A DNA stretch of 64,000 bases. Origin: an uncultured delta proteobacterium. GTDB lineage: Bacteria > Desulfobacterota > Desulfobaccia > Desulfobaccales > 0-14-0-80-60-11. How positions within the stretch are numbered: the first letter of the stretch is position 1; every line of letters starts with the position of its first letter. The stretch spans positions 65,491 through 129,490 of the forward strand of contig CAVPVR010000002.1 of assembly GCA_963709285.1 (NCBI GenBank). Reading direction: 5' to 3'. Shown here one piece after another: positions 9,781 through 21,437 of the stretch. Position numbers and translations under genes: made by a program. The notes beneath the pieces are model-generated. The model was not told the DNA's origin, searched no databases, and worked only from the letters and a program-made list of their open reading frames with translations.

Positions 9781-10284
9781 TTACCTGAAACGACTGCGCA
9801 CCTTCTCGGTGACGTCCATGGACTTGTTCCGCAAATAAATACCGCCTTTCGGAAAAACAATGTCCAGGTTTTCTTCGTTGGCCACCTGCTCCACCGCCCG
9901 GTTCATCTTATCCATCAGGGGCTTCATTTCTCGTTGGTAGTGATCCTGGAAAGTGCGGGCGGCTTTGTCTTTGGATTGCTGGATGTCGCTGATCTTTTTC
10001 TGGAATTCCGTTTCTTTCCGCTTCAGGGCATCGTCCTTGATGATGCCTGCCTGAGCTTGCTTCTGGAATTCTGCGAGCTGCTGGCCCAGTTCCTGTTCCT
10101 GCCGCTGTAAGGGACGGCCCAGTTCCTCGGACTTTTGCTTCATGCTACTTTCAATGCGTTTGTAATCCGGAGATTTGTTGATGATTTCCTCGATATCCAC
10201 CACTCCGATGCGCACGTCTTTAGCCAGGGCAGGGGTGATCAGTAAACAGGTGATGAAAAGGAAGATTACAGCCAACTTTTTCAT
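9781..10284 (-). CDS. skp: Periplasmic chaperone Skp/OmpH family
   Basis: Signal peptide, a Lys/Glu/Gln-rich coiled-coil body, and a position between bamA and lpxD. Confidence 0.8.
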   Translation of the reverse strand: MKKLAVIFLFITCLLITPALAKDVRIGVVDIEEIINKSPDYKRIESSMKQKSEELGRPLQRQEQELGQQLAEFQKQAQAGIIKDDALKRKETEFQKKISDIQQSKDKAARTFQDHYQREMKPLMDKMNRAVEQVANEENLDIVFPKGGIYLRNKSMDVTEKVRSRFR

Positions 10285-10374
10285 AGATTTTCTCCTTAGG
10301 TATGGGAAGTCTTTGTCAAGGTTTTGTTTTCAGCTTTTCAAGATGGGCCGGTGGCTGTCCGGGATCGTCCCTCT

Positions 10375-13041
10375 TCAGAAAGCGCCGCCGATGGAAAATT
10401 CCCAGGCGCTCTGGCGCTCAAAATCCTTTTTGTTTAGGTTATAGCCCCACTCGACCCGCAGGGGCCCCATGGGTGAAAACCACCGGAAGCCCGCACCGGC
10501 GCTGGTGCGAACATTAGGGTTCAGGGAATCGGTTGTTCCATAGACATTGCCGCAATCGAAGAAAACCAGGCCGACGATCCCATATTTTTTCAGGAAGGGA
10601 AAGGGAAAGCGACACTCCGTGTTGATTTGGAAGAATCGATCGCCGCCGATACGGTCTTTGGTTACGGGGTCCCGGGGACTGATTTCGGCATATTTAAATC
10701 CCCGGATAGAGTCAATGCCCCCCAGGTAGAACAACTCGTAGGACGGTTGCGCCCCGTAATCCAACCCCTGAATGTAGCCCGCCCTGCCATGGAGCACACC
10801 TACCATGCCCCACTTCAAGGGGAAATAGTAAGCCATGTCGGCAATATATCGGATAAAGGCGACGTCGCCTCCCAGACCGGCCCACTCGATGGACAGGCTA
10901 TGGTCCGAGCCACTGGTGGGCAAGAAAAGGGAGTCCCGGGAATCCCGGCGAAGGCCGATGGTCATGGCGCTGGTGGTGCGGATGTCAAGGGCTTCCACAA
11001 TGGCAGGCGTTAACAAAGCGGAATAGCTGAGATCAGTGAGTTTGACGTTCTCAAAACGATAGCTCAGGAAACCCCTGAAGTACTTCCAACGCAGAGGGTG
11101 GGACAGACGGACAGATCCGCCAAAGCTGGTGCGGGTGTATTCGTCGAAAACCCGCGACCAGTTGTAGGCGTCGACGCCAAGGCTTAAAGGACGGTCGAAG
11201 AGATAGGGTTCTATGAAGCTGATCCGATAGCGGGAGGCGATGAACCCGAGAATGGCCTGCACCTGCAGTCGTTGCCCTCGTCCGAACAGATTGTTCTGGC
11301 TGACTTCCACCATGCCCACCAGTTGGTCCTGGGTGCTGTAGCCGACACCCACCCCGAATTGACCAGTGGGCCTTTCTTTGATAGTGACTTTCAGGTTAAT
11401 GCGATCCGGGGCGCTCCCGGGGCTGGTGCTGAGATTCACATCTTCGAAATATTCTAGGCGCCTCAGGTTCCTCATGCTCTCTTTGAGGTTAGTGGCGTTA
11501 AAGAGTTCCTGCTCATAGACCCGCAAATTCCGACGAACCACTTTGTCCCGGGTTTTGATGTTGCCAGCAATCTCGATACGTTCGAAATAAACCTTGTTCC
11601 CCTTACTGATGTCGAAGTTGATATCCACGGTGTGGGCTTGCTCGTCTTCTCTGAGCAGGGGGGTGACGTCGGCGTTGGCGTATCCCTGGTCGGCGTATGC
11701 GTCTGAGAGGGTGGTGATGTCTTTTTGCACCACTTCCCGGCTGTAGATTTTTTCCTTGATGATGCCTAACTTCTTTTTCAGGGTTTCCTTGTCTTCCAGC
11801 AGGTCTCCCTGTAAGTCGACCTTGCCCACCTTGTACTGGGGGCCCTCAGTGATGGGGATGGTAATATAAACCCTTCCCGCCTGGATGTCGACTTTGGGCT
11901 CTCCCACCCTGGCCTTGATATAGCCGTTGTTGAAGTAAAAGGCGCCAATCTTTTCTGCGTCCGCCTCCAAGTTTTCCTGTACCAGCTTGCCCGAGCCGGT
12001 AATTTTGGAGATCAGGGGCAGACCCTTCTCTTTGGTCTCCATGAGCTTTTTGAGCTTACTCGGTTTAAATGCTTGGACGCCTTCGAATTTGATCTCTTTG
12101 ATGGACACCGGGCCCCCCTCGTCGACGTAGAACACCAGGTTGACTTCCTCGGGGGTGACGGGCTCCAGTTTGTGAGTAATGCGGGCCTCGTAATAGCCTT
12201 TCGCCCGATATGGCTTCAAGCCCTTCTCGATGGCTTCCATGATGACGGTTTCAGAGGCCACCGACAGGGTTTTGATTCCCATGGCCTCGAGAAGCGCTTT
12301 CTCCTTAATCTTGCGATTGCCCTGAAAGGTGATGCTGCGGATGGCGGGTTTCTCCGAGACGATCACCATGAGGACCCGGCCCTCGGGGGTGTCGCTCACA
12401 TCGAATTTCACGTCGGTGAAATACCCCATCTTGTAGATGGCTTTCAGGTCTTCCCGCAGGCGTAATGGTGAAATGAGATCCCCCTCCCGGGTTTGCATAA
12501 CCCCTAGGACGGCGTCTGCTTCTATGCGGCGGTTACCTTTCACGGCGAGGCGGTGGAGGCGCTCTTTTCCCAAAATTCGGAGCCCCGCTTCCCCGGCCAT
12601 TTGGCGGCTCATGCCGGTCAGGGAAGAAACCCCCGTTCCCTGGAGTTTCAAGATAACGGGGGCCTGGCGGGCAGTAAGGTCAAAGATGCGGGCTTCTAAA
12701 GAGACCGCTTCCCCGACGAAGATCACCTGTCCGATGATGACCGTATCAGCCCCCAGCTTCCGACCGATCTCCTTGGCCAGGTTTTCATTGAGCGGTTCCT
12801 GCAAGGCTGCGAGCTCTTTGGTCAGTTCTTCTGGGGAGACCATGACAAAACCCTCTGCCTTGAGGCGTTCCACGAATTCCTGGCGTACCTTCTCCCCTAA
12901 ATAGTCCCGAGGAGTTTTGCTCAATACGGTAAAGGGAAAGATGGCCAACTTTTTAAAAGTCAACTCGGGTTCCTGGGCCAGGGTCGGCCCGGTCACCACC
13001 CCAAGCAACAAAAACACTACCACAAGTAGACGTCGCCGCAA
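10375..13041 (-). CDS. bamA: Outer membrane protein assembly factor BamA
   Basis: 888 aa with POTRA repeats followed by a C-terminal beta-barrel ending ...WEFSIGGAF. TTG start. Confidence 0.9.
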   Translation of the reverse strand: MRRRLLVVVFLLLGVVTGPTLAQEPELTFKKLAIFPFTVLSKTPRDYLGEKVRQEFVERLKAEGFVMVSPEELTKELAALQEPLNENLAKEIGRKLGADTVIIGQVIFVGEAVSLEARIFDLTARQAPVILKLQGTGVSSLTGMSRQMAGEAGLRILGKERLHRLAVKGNRRIEADAVLGVMQTREGDLISPLRLREDLKAIYKMGYFTDVKFDVSDTPEGRVLMVIVSEKPAIRSITFQGNRKIKEKALLEAMGIKTLSVASETVIMEAIEKGLKPYRAKGYYEARITHKLEPVTPEEVNLVFYVDEGGPVSIKEIKFEGVQAFKPSKLKKLMETKEKGLPLISKITGSGKLVQENLEADAEKIGAFYFNNGYIKARVGEPKVDIQAGRVYITIPITEGPQYKVGKVDLQGDLLEDKETLKKKLGIIKEKIYSREVVQKDITTLSDAYADQGYANADVTPLLREDEQAHTVDINFDISKGNKVYFERIEIAGNIKTRDKVVRRNLRVYEQELFNATNLKESMRNLRRLEYFEDVNLSTSPGSAPDRINLKVTIKERPTGQFGVGVGYSTQDQLVGMVEVSQNNLFGRGQRLQVQAILGFIASRYRISFIEPYLFDRPLSLGVDAYNWSRVFDEYTRTSFGGSVRLSHPLRWKYFRGFLSYRFENVKLTDLSYSALLTPAIVEALDIRTTSAMTIGLRRDSRDSLFLPTSGSDHSLSIEWAGLGGDVAFIRYIADMAYYFPLKWGMVGVLHGRAGYIQGLDYGAQPSYELFYLGGIDSIRGFKYAEISPRDPVTKDRIGGDRFFQINTECRFPFPFLKKYGIVGLVFFDCGNVYGTTDSLNPNVRTSAGAGFRWFSPMGPLRVEWGYNLNKKDFERQSAWEFSIGGAF

Positions 13042-13042
13042 C

Positions 13043-13780
13043 TCAGTCTCCCCGTAAGGTCATCGTCTTGCCGTCCACCAAGGTGATCTGACGGTTGAGG
13101 GCCCTGGCCAGCTCCAGATTGTGGGTCACAATTACCGAGGTCAGACCTTGCTCGCGATTCAAGTCCATGAGCAACTCGTGCACCTGGCTGCCGCTCTTGG
13201 GGTCCAGGTTGCCCGTGGGTTCGTCTGCCAGGAGGACTTCCGGCTTGAGCATCAGGGACCGGGCCACCGCCACCCGTTGCTGTTCGCCCCCAGAGAGAGT
13301 GGAGACCCGGTGTCGCAGGCGGTCCTGTAGACCCACCCGCACCAGGATAGCTTCGGCCCCTTCCCGGGCTTGGAGTTTGGGAACGCGGGCGATGAGAGCC
13401 GGCATCATGACATTTTCCAGGGCGTCGAATTCGGGCAAGAGATAGTGGAACTGAAAGACAAACCCCACCTTCCGGTTCCGGAAGGATGCCAGACGCCGGT
13501 CGTCGAGGGCGAAGACCTCCTCCCCCTCCCAGAAGACCTGCCCCGCAGTAGGGCGTTCCAGGGTTCCCAGGATGTGGAGCAGGGTAGACTTGCCCACCCC
13601 GGAAGCCCCCACGATCGCCAGGGTCTCCCCGGAATAAATGTCCAGGTCCAGGCCCTTGAGCACCTCCACCACGTTGCCATTGGTGGTAAAGGTCTTCACC
13701 AATCCCTGGACGGCAATCTTTACCGCAGGGGATGTGACTACCGATGCACCTGCCATGGGCTCTAAACCAGAATGGTCCAC
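13043..13780 (-). CDS. lolD: Lipoprotein-releasing ABC transporter ATP-binding protein
   Basis: Walker A GASGVGKST, signature LSGGEQQR, Walker B LLADEPTGNLD. Adjacent to the lolC/E permease. Confidence 0.85.
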   Translation of the reverse strand: MDHSGLEPMAGASVVTSPAVKIAVQGLVKTFTTNGNVVEVLKGLDLDIYSGETLAIVGASGVGKSTLLHILGTLERPTAGQVFWEGEEVFALDDRRLASFRNRKVGFVFQFHYLLPEFDALENVMMPALIARVPKLQAREGAEAILVRVGLQDRLRHRVSTLSGGEQQRVAVARSLMLKPEVLLADEPTGNLDPKSGSQVHELLMDLNREQGLTSVIVTHNLELARALNRQITLVDGKTMTLRGD

Positions 13781-13826
13781 TTTACCACTTTCTTAGCGGA
13801 GCGTCAATTGTGCTCGTATCCACAAG

Positions 13827-15062
13827 CTACTCATATCTGATGGCTTCCACCGGGTCCAGGCGAGAGGCCTGCCAGGAGGGATACAACGTGGCCAGAAAAC
13901 TTATGAGCATAGCCGCCCCCACAATCAGAGCCACGTCCAGGGTCTGTATTTTCACGGGCAAGGTGGAGATGAGATAAACATCCCGGGGAAGCTTGATAAA
14001 CTCATACTGTTTCAAAAGGGAGCACAGGGTCAAGCCCAGGACCAGCCCCAGGGTGGTGCCGAGAAAGCCGATGAGCAGCCCGTCCATGACAAAAATCTTC
14101 ATGATGCTCTGACGCGTGGCGCCCATGGATTTCAAGATGGCGATCTCCTTGGTTTTTTTCATTACCATCATAAAGAGGGTGGAGGCAATGCCGAAGGCCG
14201 CCACCAGGACGATGAGGGTGAGAATGACGAACATGGCGATCTTCTCCAGCTTCAGGGCGGAGAAGAGGCTGTAATTCATGCGTATCCAGTCCAGGAAATA
14301 AAAATCCTGTCCCAGTTTCGTGGTAATGTCTTGACCCATTTCCTGGGCGGCATAAATGTCCCGGATGGTCACTTCCAGACCCGTTACCCGATCCCCAAAC
14401 TGTAAAAGGTCCTGGATGGCGGGAAGGCTGACGTAAACCAGGGAAGTATCAAACTCGTACATGCCGGAATGGAAGATGGCAGCCACCCGAAAAAGCCGCA
14501 GACGGGGAAGCTGGCCCATGGGAGTGAGCGCTCCCCGGGGGATAAAGAGGTTGAAAAAGTCTCCCACCTCCAGGTTGAGACGGCGGGCCAGTTCGTTGCC
14601 GATGGCCACCGGGGGAGGCTCTCCGGGCTCATATGCGGCCAAGTCGGTGAAGTTCCCCTTTTGCACCTTTAAACTTTCCGGCCCTCCGGCTTTGAGGACG
14701 CTTAGATCCAGTCCTCTGAGCATCCCCCCGGAGATGGTTCCGGGGGTGGAAAACATCACCGGGGTATAGAGGTAGGGCTGCACCGTCTCCACCCCGGGTA
14801 CGGTCTTGATTTTGGCTGCCACCTGATCGTAGTGGCCGATGCGGCCCCCCTTGGACAGGATAATGATCTGGGGGTTGACGCTCAGGATTTTTTTCTTCAA
14901 ATCCTCATCGAACCCGGTCATCACGCCGATGACCACAATAAGGGCCATGACCCCCACCGCCACCCCGGCGATGGAGAACAGGGAAGAGAGGGAAATGAAG
15001 CCTTTTTGCCGCCGGACACCCCGAAGGAAGCGCAGGGCCACGAAGGTCTCAAAAAAACCCAT
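13827..15062 (-). CDS. lolC: Lipoprotein-releasing system permease (LolC/LolE, MacB-FtsX family)
   Basis: 411 aa with an N-terminal TM helix, a periplasmic domain, and a C-terminal FtsX-type 3-TM bundle. Confidence 0.85.
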   Translation of the reverse strand: MGFFETFVALRFLRGVRRQKGFISLSSLFSIAGVAVGVMALIVVIGVMTGFDEDLKKKILSVNPQIIILSKGGRIGHYDQVAAKIKTVPGVETVQPYLYTPVMFSTPGTISGGMLRGLDLSVLKAGGPESLKVQKGNFTDLAAYEPGEPPPVAIGNELARRLNLEVGDFFNLFIPRGALTPMGQLPRLRLFRVAAIFHSGMYEFDTSLVYVSLPAIQDLLQFGDRVTGLEVTIRDIYAAQEMGQDITTKLGQDFYFLDWIRMNYSLFSALKLEKIAMFVILTLIVLVAAFGIASTLFMMVMKKTKEIAILKSMGATRQSIMKIFVMDGLLIGFLGTTLGLVLGLTLCSLLKQYEFIKLPRDVYLISTLPVKIQTLDVALIVGAAMLISFLATLYPSWQASRLDPVEAIRYE

Positions 15063-15064
15063 GG

Positions 15065-16549
15065 CTACCTCTCCGGCCTGAGCAGGGGGAAAAGAATGAC
15101 ATCCCGGATGGAGGGAGAGTCGGTGAGGAGCATCACCAACCGGTCGATGCCAATACCCTCGCCGGCGGCGGGGGGCATGCCATGTTCCAGGGCCAGGAGG
15201 AAATCCTCGTCCACGGCGTCAGGCATCTCGTCGTCCCCGGCGGCATGGGCCGCCAGTTGCTGTTCGAAGCGCTGCCGCTGGTCGTCCGGGTCGTTGAGCT
15301 CACTGAAGGCATTGGCCATTTCCCGCCCGGCGATGAAAAGTTCGAAGCGGTCCACCACCTCGGGATTGTCATCGTTTTTCCGGGACAAGGGGGAGGTTTC
15401 GGTGGGATAACCCAGAACGAAGGTAGGCTGAATGAGCCTGGCCTCCACGTGCAGGTCAAAGAGCTTGGTTAAAGCCCGGCCGTAGCCCTCTCCGGAGCGG
15501 AGTTGCACCCCTTCACGGAGGGCCAGCTTCACCAGGGCCTGGCGGTCGGCCACCACTTCCCGGGGTATGCCGCCAATCTCCGTCAGGGACTCTCTGAGAT
15601 CCAGGCGCCGCCAGGGTTGGGTGAAGTCAATTTCCTGTTCCTGGTAAGAGAATTTCAAGGTTCCCAGAGTCTCCTGGGCCAGAAAACAGAAGAGCTCTTC
15701 CGTGAGGACCATCAAGTCCTCGTAGGTGGCGTAGGCCTGGTAAAACTCCAGCATGGTGAATTCCGGATTGTGGAGACTCGACAGGCCCTCGTTGCGGAAG
15801 TTACGGTTGATTTCATAGACCCGGTCGAAGCCTCCCACCACCAAACGCTTCAAATAAAGTTCCGGGGCGATGCGGAGATATAGCTGCATGTCCAGGGCGT
15901 GATGATGGGTGACAAAGGGCTTGGCCGTGGCCCCGCCGGGAATGGGCTGCATCATGGGAGTCTCCACCTCGAGGAACTCTCGTTCATCCAGGAACTGGCG
16001 GATGAGCCGGGTAACGGCTGCCCGGGTCTGGAAGACCTGCCAGACCTGGGGATTCATCAGGAGGTCGAGATAGCGCTGGCGGTAGCGGACCTCAACATCG
16101 GTAAGCCCGTGGTACTTTTCGGGCAGGGGCCGCAAAGATTTGGTGAGAATGGTAAAGCGGCTGACCGCCAGGGTGAGTTCCTCGGTCTTGGTGCGAAACA
16201 GGGTTCCCTCGAAGCCTACGAAGTCACCGATATCCAGCTTCTTAAACCAAGTATAGGCCTCGTTCCCCATCACTTCCCGCTGCACATAGGCCTGGAGGCG
16301 CCCGGTGCCGTCTTGGAAATGGCAAAAAATGGCCTTGCCAAACTTGCGGACCAGCATAAGGCGGCCGGCCAGGCGGAAGGTCAGGTTCAGCTTCTCGAGC
16401 TCCGGCCCCGTCACGGCGCCATGCTCTCCGATCACCTGGGCGATGGAGTGGCTGGGGACGAAGCGATTGAAGAAGGGATCGAGGCCCGCCCGCCGGAACT
16501 CAGTGATTTTTTCCCGGCGCTGGGCCAGGATGTGGTCAGCCAGGGACAT
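15065..16549 (-). CDS. lysS: Lysine--tRNA ligase (class II)
   Basis: 494 aa with an OB anticodon-binding domain and class II motifs (FRNEG..., [11 protein letters not shown]). Confidence 0.95.
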   Translation of the reverse strand: MSLADHILAQRREKITEFRRAGLDPFFNRFVPSHSIAQVIGEHGAVTGPELEKLNLTFRLAGRLMLVRKFGKAIFCHFQDGTGRLQAYVQREVMGNEAYTWFKKLDIGDFVGFEGTLFRTKTEELTLAVSRFTILTKSLRPLPEKYHGLTDVEVRYRQRYLDLLMNPQVWQVFQTRAAVTRLIRQFLDEREFLEVETPMMQPIPGGATAKPFVTHHHALDMQLYLRIAPELYLKRLVVGGFDRVYEINRNFRNEGLSSLHNPEFTMLEFYQAYATYEDLMVLTEELFCFLAQETLGTLKFSYQEQEIDFTQPWRRLDLRESLTEIGGIPREVVADRQALVKLALREGVQLRSGEGYGRALTKLFDLHVEARLIQPTFVLGYPTETSPLSRKNDDNPEVVDRFELFIAGREMANAFSELNDPDDQRQRFEQQLAAHAAGDDEMPDAVDEDFLLALEHGMPPAAGEGIGIDRLVMLLTDSPSIRDVILFPLLRPER

Positions 16550-16828
16550 GATGGGTTTGCGTTTTTGAAGAGTATTTCACAATGTGTAAAACTGATAGTA
16601 TGTAAATCTATCTTCCCGGTTAGTCAAGCCCAAAGTAGGAAGTGTTAAGCCGGGAAGCGCAGGGGAGCTTGAGTTCTGGGAAAAAGTTGCCAGGCGCGCT
16701 GCCCAGGCCTCCGGCCAGCCCGACCAGCCCCTTGGTCAGATGAATTCCCTGGATTAGCTTTGCTATACCCAGCTTCAAAAATAATTGCGCATCATGAGGT
16801 GCTTCTTCTCATTGTATCATTGCATGTT

Positions 16829-16911
16829 GTCACCCTGAGCCGAAGGCGAAGGGTCTCTCTCCCTTCCGGTAAAAAGGAGATTCTTCGCCGCCTGCGGCGG
16901 CTCAGAATGAC
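16829..16911. repeat. Imperfect inverted repeat (GTCAyyCTGAGCCG...CGGCTCAGrrTGAC type)
   Basis: The left arm at 16829-16857 and the right arm at 16877-16911 are reverse complements with a few mismatches. The repeat is intergenic. Confidence 0.5.
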
Positions 16912-17096
16912 AAATTAGGGGAAAGCAGGACATAGGCGCATTAATTATTTTACTCTGTATAAAAACCCCTGTGAGAGCCTTGCGGGAACCGCACACGAAC
17001 TCCCGGCAAGCCAACACCCACAAAAAGAAAAGCATCCCGCGTGATTTGTTTTTTTGTTTAACCCATAAATTTTTGGTAAACTTACTTTTGCTGCTC

Positions 17097-17525
17097 ATGC
17101 TTACCTTGGAAAATTTCTTCCTGGAAATGAGCACCACGGCCGGGACCGACATTCTGGACCTCACCCACAGGGTCCAGGAGTTGGTTGGGAGTTCGGGCAT
17201 TGCCCAGGGTCTGGTGCATCTTTTCATTTCCGGGTCCACTGCTGCCCTTACCACCATCGAGTATGAATCCGGGGTGGTGAACGATCTGAGGGCTGCCATC
17301 GAGCGCCTCTTTCCCCAAAACATCCCGTATGAACACGACCGCCGCTGGGGGGACGGCAACGGCTATGCCCATGTCCGGGCCGCGTTTTTTAAGCCCTCTC
17401 TCACCATCCCCCTGGAGGACGGGCGCCTCGAGCTTGGCACCTGGCAGCAGATCGTGCTCCTGGATTTCGACAATCGCCCACGCCGACGCCGCATTCGGGG
17501 GCAGGTAATGGGTCTCAAACCATAA
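17097..17525 (+). CDS. yjbQ: YjbQ/UPF0047 family (secondary thiamine-phosphate synthase) protein
   Basis: DILDLTHRV...[22 protein letters not shown]...GNGYAHVRA...[15 protein letters not shown] is a typical YjbQ pattern. The start was set at the ATG at 17097. Confidence 0.8.
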   Translation: MLTLENFFLEMSTTAGTDILDLTHRVQELVGSSGIAQGLVHLFISGSTAALTTIEYESGVVNDLRAAIERLFPQNIPYEHDRRWGDGNGYAHVRAAFFKPSLTIPLEDGRLELGTWQQIVLLDFDNRPRRRRIRGQVMGLKP

Positions 17526-17530
17526 TAATC

Positions 17531-18547
17531 GTGAAACCTGCCCACACCCCCATACCACGTAGCACCGAACAGCTCACCCTGGCGGATAATGCCCTGGCCC
17601 AGTCCCTTTTTGGGGAGCAGGGGCACAATCTCCGTCTCATCAGCCGCCTGTTGGGGGTGAAGCTCGCCAGCCGGGGGAACCAGGTCACCATAGAAGGACC
17701 TGAACCCCAGGTGAAGTTGGCCTACCGGGTCATAGAGGAACTCTACCAGCTGCTCGAGACCGGGTATACTCTGGCCCCTCAGGATGTCCAACACGCCGTC
17801 AAAATCCTCCAGGGCCAGGAGGAAACTGCCATCAAGGAAATTTTCCTGGACACCGTCTATATTTCCGCCATGAAGCGGCGGATCACTCCCAAAAGCCTCA
17901 CCCAGAAGCACTACATTGAGGCCATCCGCACCCACGACATTGTTTTCGGGGTGGGGCCGGCGGGGACCGGCAAGACCTATCTGGCCATGGCCATGGCGGT
18001 GGCGGCCCTGATGAAACATGAATTCATCCGCATCGTCCTGGCTCGGCCGGCGGTGGAGGCTGGAGAGAAACTGGGCTTCCTGCCGGGGGACCTCTATGAG
18101 AAGGTGAATCCCTATTTACGGCCTCTGTATGACGCGCTGCACGATATGATGGATTTTGATAAGGCCACCCGGATGGTGCAGCGGGGAATTATCGAAGTGG
18201 CGCCCCTGGCCTTTATGCGGGGCCGCACGTTGAATGACTCCTTTGTCATTCTGGATGAAGCCCAGAACACCACCCCCGAGCAGATGCTCATGTTTCTGAC
18301 CCGTCTCGGTTTCGGCGCCAAGGCGGTGATTACCGGGGACGTGACCCAGATCGATCTCCCGAACGGAGTCACCTCGGGGCTGGTGGAGGCCCGCCAGTTG
18401 TTGTCGGGGATAGAGGGCATTGCCTTTACCCATTTCACCGAGCGGGACGTAGTGCGCCACCCTCTGGTGCAGGACATTATCCGGGCCTATGAGGGCCATC
18501 GCCAGAGGTCCACCATCCCCAAGGGAGACGTGCGCCATGCCGGATAA
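17531..18547 (+). CDS. phoH: PhoH-family ATPase
   Basis: Walker [14 protein letters not shown], the DEAQN box, and phoH-7TMHD-ybeY synteny. Confidence 0.9.
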   Translation: MKPAHTPIPRSTEQLTLADNALAQSLFGEQGHNLRLISRLLGVKLASRGNQVTIEGPEPQVKLAYRVIEELYQLLETGYTLAPQDVQHAVKILQGQEETAIKEIFLDTVYISAMKRRITPKSLTQKHYIEAIRTHDIVFGVGPAGTGKTYLAMAMAVAALMKHEFIRIVLARPAVEAGEKLGFLPGDLYEKVNPYLRPLYDALHDMMDFDKATRMVQRGIIEVAPLAFMRGRTLNDSFVILDEAQNTTPEQMLMFLTRLGFGAKAVITGDVTQIDLPNGVTSGLVEARQLLSGIEGIAFTHFTERDVVRHPLVQDIIRAYEGHRQRSTIPKGDVRHAG

Positions 18548-20983
18548 AGAGCTCCCTAAAAATATCTCCCGCTTGCGGGACTGGGGGAACGGTCTGTTAG
18601 CCAGGCGTGGCTGGACTCGCAACCGCAAGTCGGGCCTGTCCCCAAAATACGACCAGTCTGCCAAGATTCTCTTGCTCCTGGGCCTGAGCCTGGCCATTGC
18701 GGTTCTTCTCGCCCCCCACCCCCCAAAACCCCTGGGCGAATATAAGGTCAACGCTATCGCTCAGGAAAACATCAGGGCTGTAGGGGACTTTCTGGTGGAA
18801 GACGAGGAGTCCACCCAGAAGCGCCAGCGTGCGCTTCTGGCTACCCTCCCACCGGTTTTTGATCTGGACGAACAAGTGGCCAGCAATATGCAGGCACGTC
18901 TCCAACAGGCCCTGGAGTTCATGCGCCAGACCTCCCGAACCATAACCCAGGAGCTCACTCCAGTTCAGGGAGAGCAGGCTTCCCTGCAAAAGCCGAACTT
19001 TTCTGATCTTTACCCGAAACTTCGCCAGCACAAACCAAAATTTGACGGTATCCTGGGGATAAACCTCCCCAATGCCACCTTTGAACTCCTGGCCAAGGCT
19101 GAGTTCTCCCCGGCCATGGAGGCCCTCATCGGCCAGGTGCTTACACAGGTTTACCGGCAAGGGGTTATCGCCAGCCGAACTCTGCCCCAATTCAAATCCA
19201 AAAAGATTCTGCTGCGCCGCCTGGCCTCCCAGGAGGAGCGAATTTTGCAGGCTCCCTTTCCCTTTCTGGTGGTGGAAAACCTGCACAAACCCATGGCCAA
19301 CTATTGCCGGCAGATTGCCGCCGACTTCTCTCCCCCGACCGACTCCTGGTTTGCGACATGGTGCAGCACCTGGCGGTTCCCAACATCTCCCTCAATCTGG
19401 CGGAAACCCAGGAGCGCCAGAGGAGAAGTCTCCAGAAATTGAGCCCCACCTACTTCCAGGTAAAACGCGGCGAGCTCATCCTCCGGGAAGGGGAGCGGGT
19501 CACCCCCCTGAATCTGGCCAAATTGAAAGCCCAGGACTCCTCTTATACCCCGCAACGCAGCTTTCTCATCTTCCTGGGGAGTTTTTTAAGCCTGGTACTT
19601 ATCCTGTGGCTGGTCTATAATCTGGCCCGCATATCCCTGAAAACCTTTTCCACCCGCCTGAGGGATCTGGTCTTCCTGGCGGTGTTGATTTTTGTCAGCC
19701 TCCTGGCCAACTATGGTCTGGAAAGTCTGGCGGTCATTCTTTCTCCTCTGAAGCCCATGTTGGGCAAGAATTTGATCTATGCCATCCCCATCGCCCTGGG
19801 CCCCATCTGTGCTGCCCTTTTCCTGGGGCTGGAGACCGGGCTGGCCATGGCCTTCCTGATGGCTACCCTCTCTGCGCTGATCTTGGAGAAGCCTTTTCCC
19901 ATGTTTCTCTACCTGGTGAGCGCCAGTCTCATGGGAGTCTGGGGGGTGCGATCCTACCGGTTGCGCCGTTCCCTGATCAACACCGGTCTGGCCATCTGCG
20001 GGGTCAACCTCTTTATGGTCACCGCCTTTAAGTTTTTGGAGTACCCTTTTGCCGCCCGGGATTTGCTCCTGGGACAGGCCTTTGCCGTGAGCGGCGGCTT
20101 ACTCACGGGGATTTTGGCCTTGGGCCTCACCCCCATTATCGAGACCGTGTTCCGGTACACTTCCAACACCCGCTTTCTGGAGCTTCTCAACCTGGACCAG
20201 CCCCTCTTGAAAGAGCTGATGTTGGTGGCCCCGGGCACCTATCACCACTCCCTGGTGGTGGGCCAGATGGTGGAGGCTGCGGCCGTAGCCATCGGGGCCA
20301 ATCCGCTGCTCGCCAAAGCGGCGGCCTACTATCACGATATCGGCAAGGTCAAAAAACCGGCCTATTTCGTGGAAAATCAGTTCGGCGGGGAAAACAAACA
20401 TGAAAAGCTGGCCCCCTCCATGAGCAGCCTCATCCTTACCGCCCACGTCAAGGACGGGGTGGATCTGGCCCGGAAGCAACAACTGGGGGAGCCCATCTGC
20501 GACATCATCCAGCAGCATCACGGCACCTGCCTCATCAGCTACTTCTACAACAAGGCCAAGAACCAGGCCGCCGACTCCAACAAGGTCAACATCGACAACT
20601 ACCGCTATGCCGGGCCTCGGCCCCAAACCAAGGAGGCGGGGCTGGTGCTGGTGGCGGACCAGGTGGAGGCGGCCTCGAAAACCCTGACAGAACCCACCCC
20701 GGCCCGCATCCAGGGCATGGTGCAGAAGATTATCAATAATATCTTTGCCGACGGGCAGTTGGACGAATGCGAGCTCACCTTAAAAGAGCTTCATCTCATT
20801 GCCAAACACTGCAACAAGATCCTGAGCGGCATTTTTCATCATCGTGTCCAATATCCTTCCCCCGCCGAGAAGACCCGGTCTCATGAAGATCTGGATAAGC
20901 AACCGGCAAAGAAAAACGGCCCTAAGTCCGAAAACGGTCAGAGAAAAAGCCAGGAAGATCTTAAACGCCTTGGGATGGGCTAA
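18537..20983 (+). CDS. 7TM receptor with intracellular HD hydrolase (YqfF/HDIG family), interrupted by a 1-nt frameshift at a C5 tract near 19334
   Basis: The two track ORFs (18489-19442 and 19304-20983) read as one protein if one C is added: ...IAADFSPP|[24 protein letters not shown]... A 7-TM block follows, then the HD domain (HHSLVVGQ...YYHDIGK). Confidence 0.75.
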
Positions 20984-21371
20984 GGCCGAGCTTTCCCTCA
21001 CCCTGATGGGCGACCGGGCTATGGCTCGCTTGAACCGGGAGACCTTCGGGAGGCGAGGGCCCACCAATGTCATCGCTTTTCCCGTGGATGCGATGGAAGA
21101 GTTGGGTGGAGGGGACATAGGGCTTAGGCATTCCTCCGGCCCGCCTCAGAAAAACTCTTCCCAGCCTCCGCCGGTCTTGGGAGAGGTGGTCATCTCCCTG
21201 GAAACCACCCGGCGCCAGGCGGCAGAAACCGGCTGGCCCTGGGAAGAACTCTTCGATTTTTACCTGATTCACGGTATATTACACCTCGTGGGTTACGACC
21301 ACGACACCCCTGAAAACGAGGCGGCCATGACCGCCAGGACCTGGGAGTTGATGGAGAGGTTGAAAGAGTGA
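20883..21371 (+). CDS. ybeY: Endoribonuclease YbeY
   Basis: The HGILHLVGYDH zinc motif and a start at MKIWISNRQ (ATG at 20883). It overlaps the upstream gene by 101 nt. Confidence 0.85.
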   Translation: MKIWISNRQRKTALSPKTVREKARKILNALGWAKAELSLTLMGDRAMARLNRETFGRRGPTNVIAFPVDAMEELGGGDIGLRHSSGPPQKNSSQPPPVLGEVVISLETTRRQAAETGWPWEELFDFYLIHGILHLVGYDHDTPENEAAMTARTWELMERLKE

Positions 21372-21415
21372 GTGGGGAAGGGGGCGAAGAGCCGCAGGAC
21401 CCTCCCCCCATAATA
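21368..21415. repeat. G/C-tract hairpin repeat copy
   Basis: GGGGAAGGGGGCG...CCCTCCCCCC arms lie directly after the ybeY stop. Confidence 0.45.
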
Positions 21416-21437
21416 TCCCTTACCAGGAGGCGCCGGG

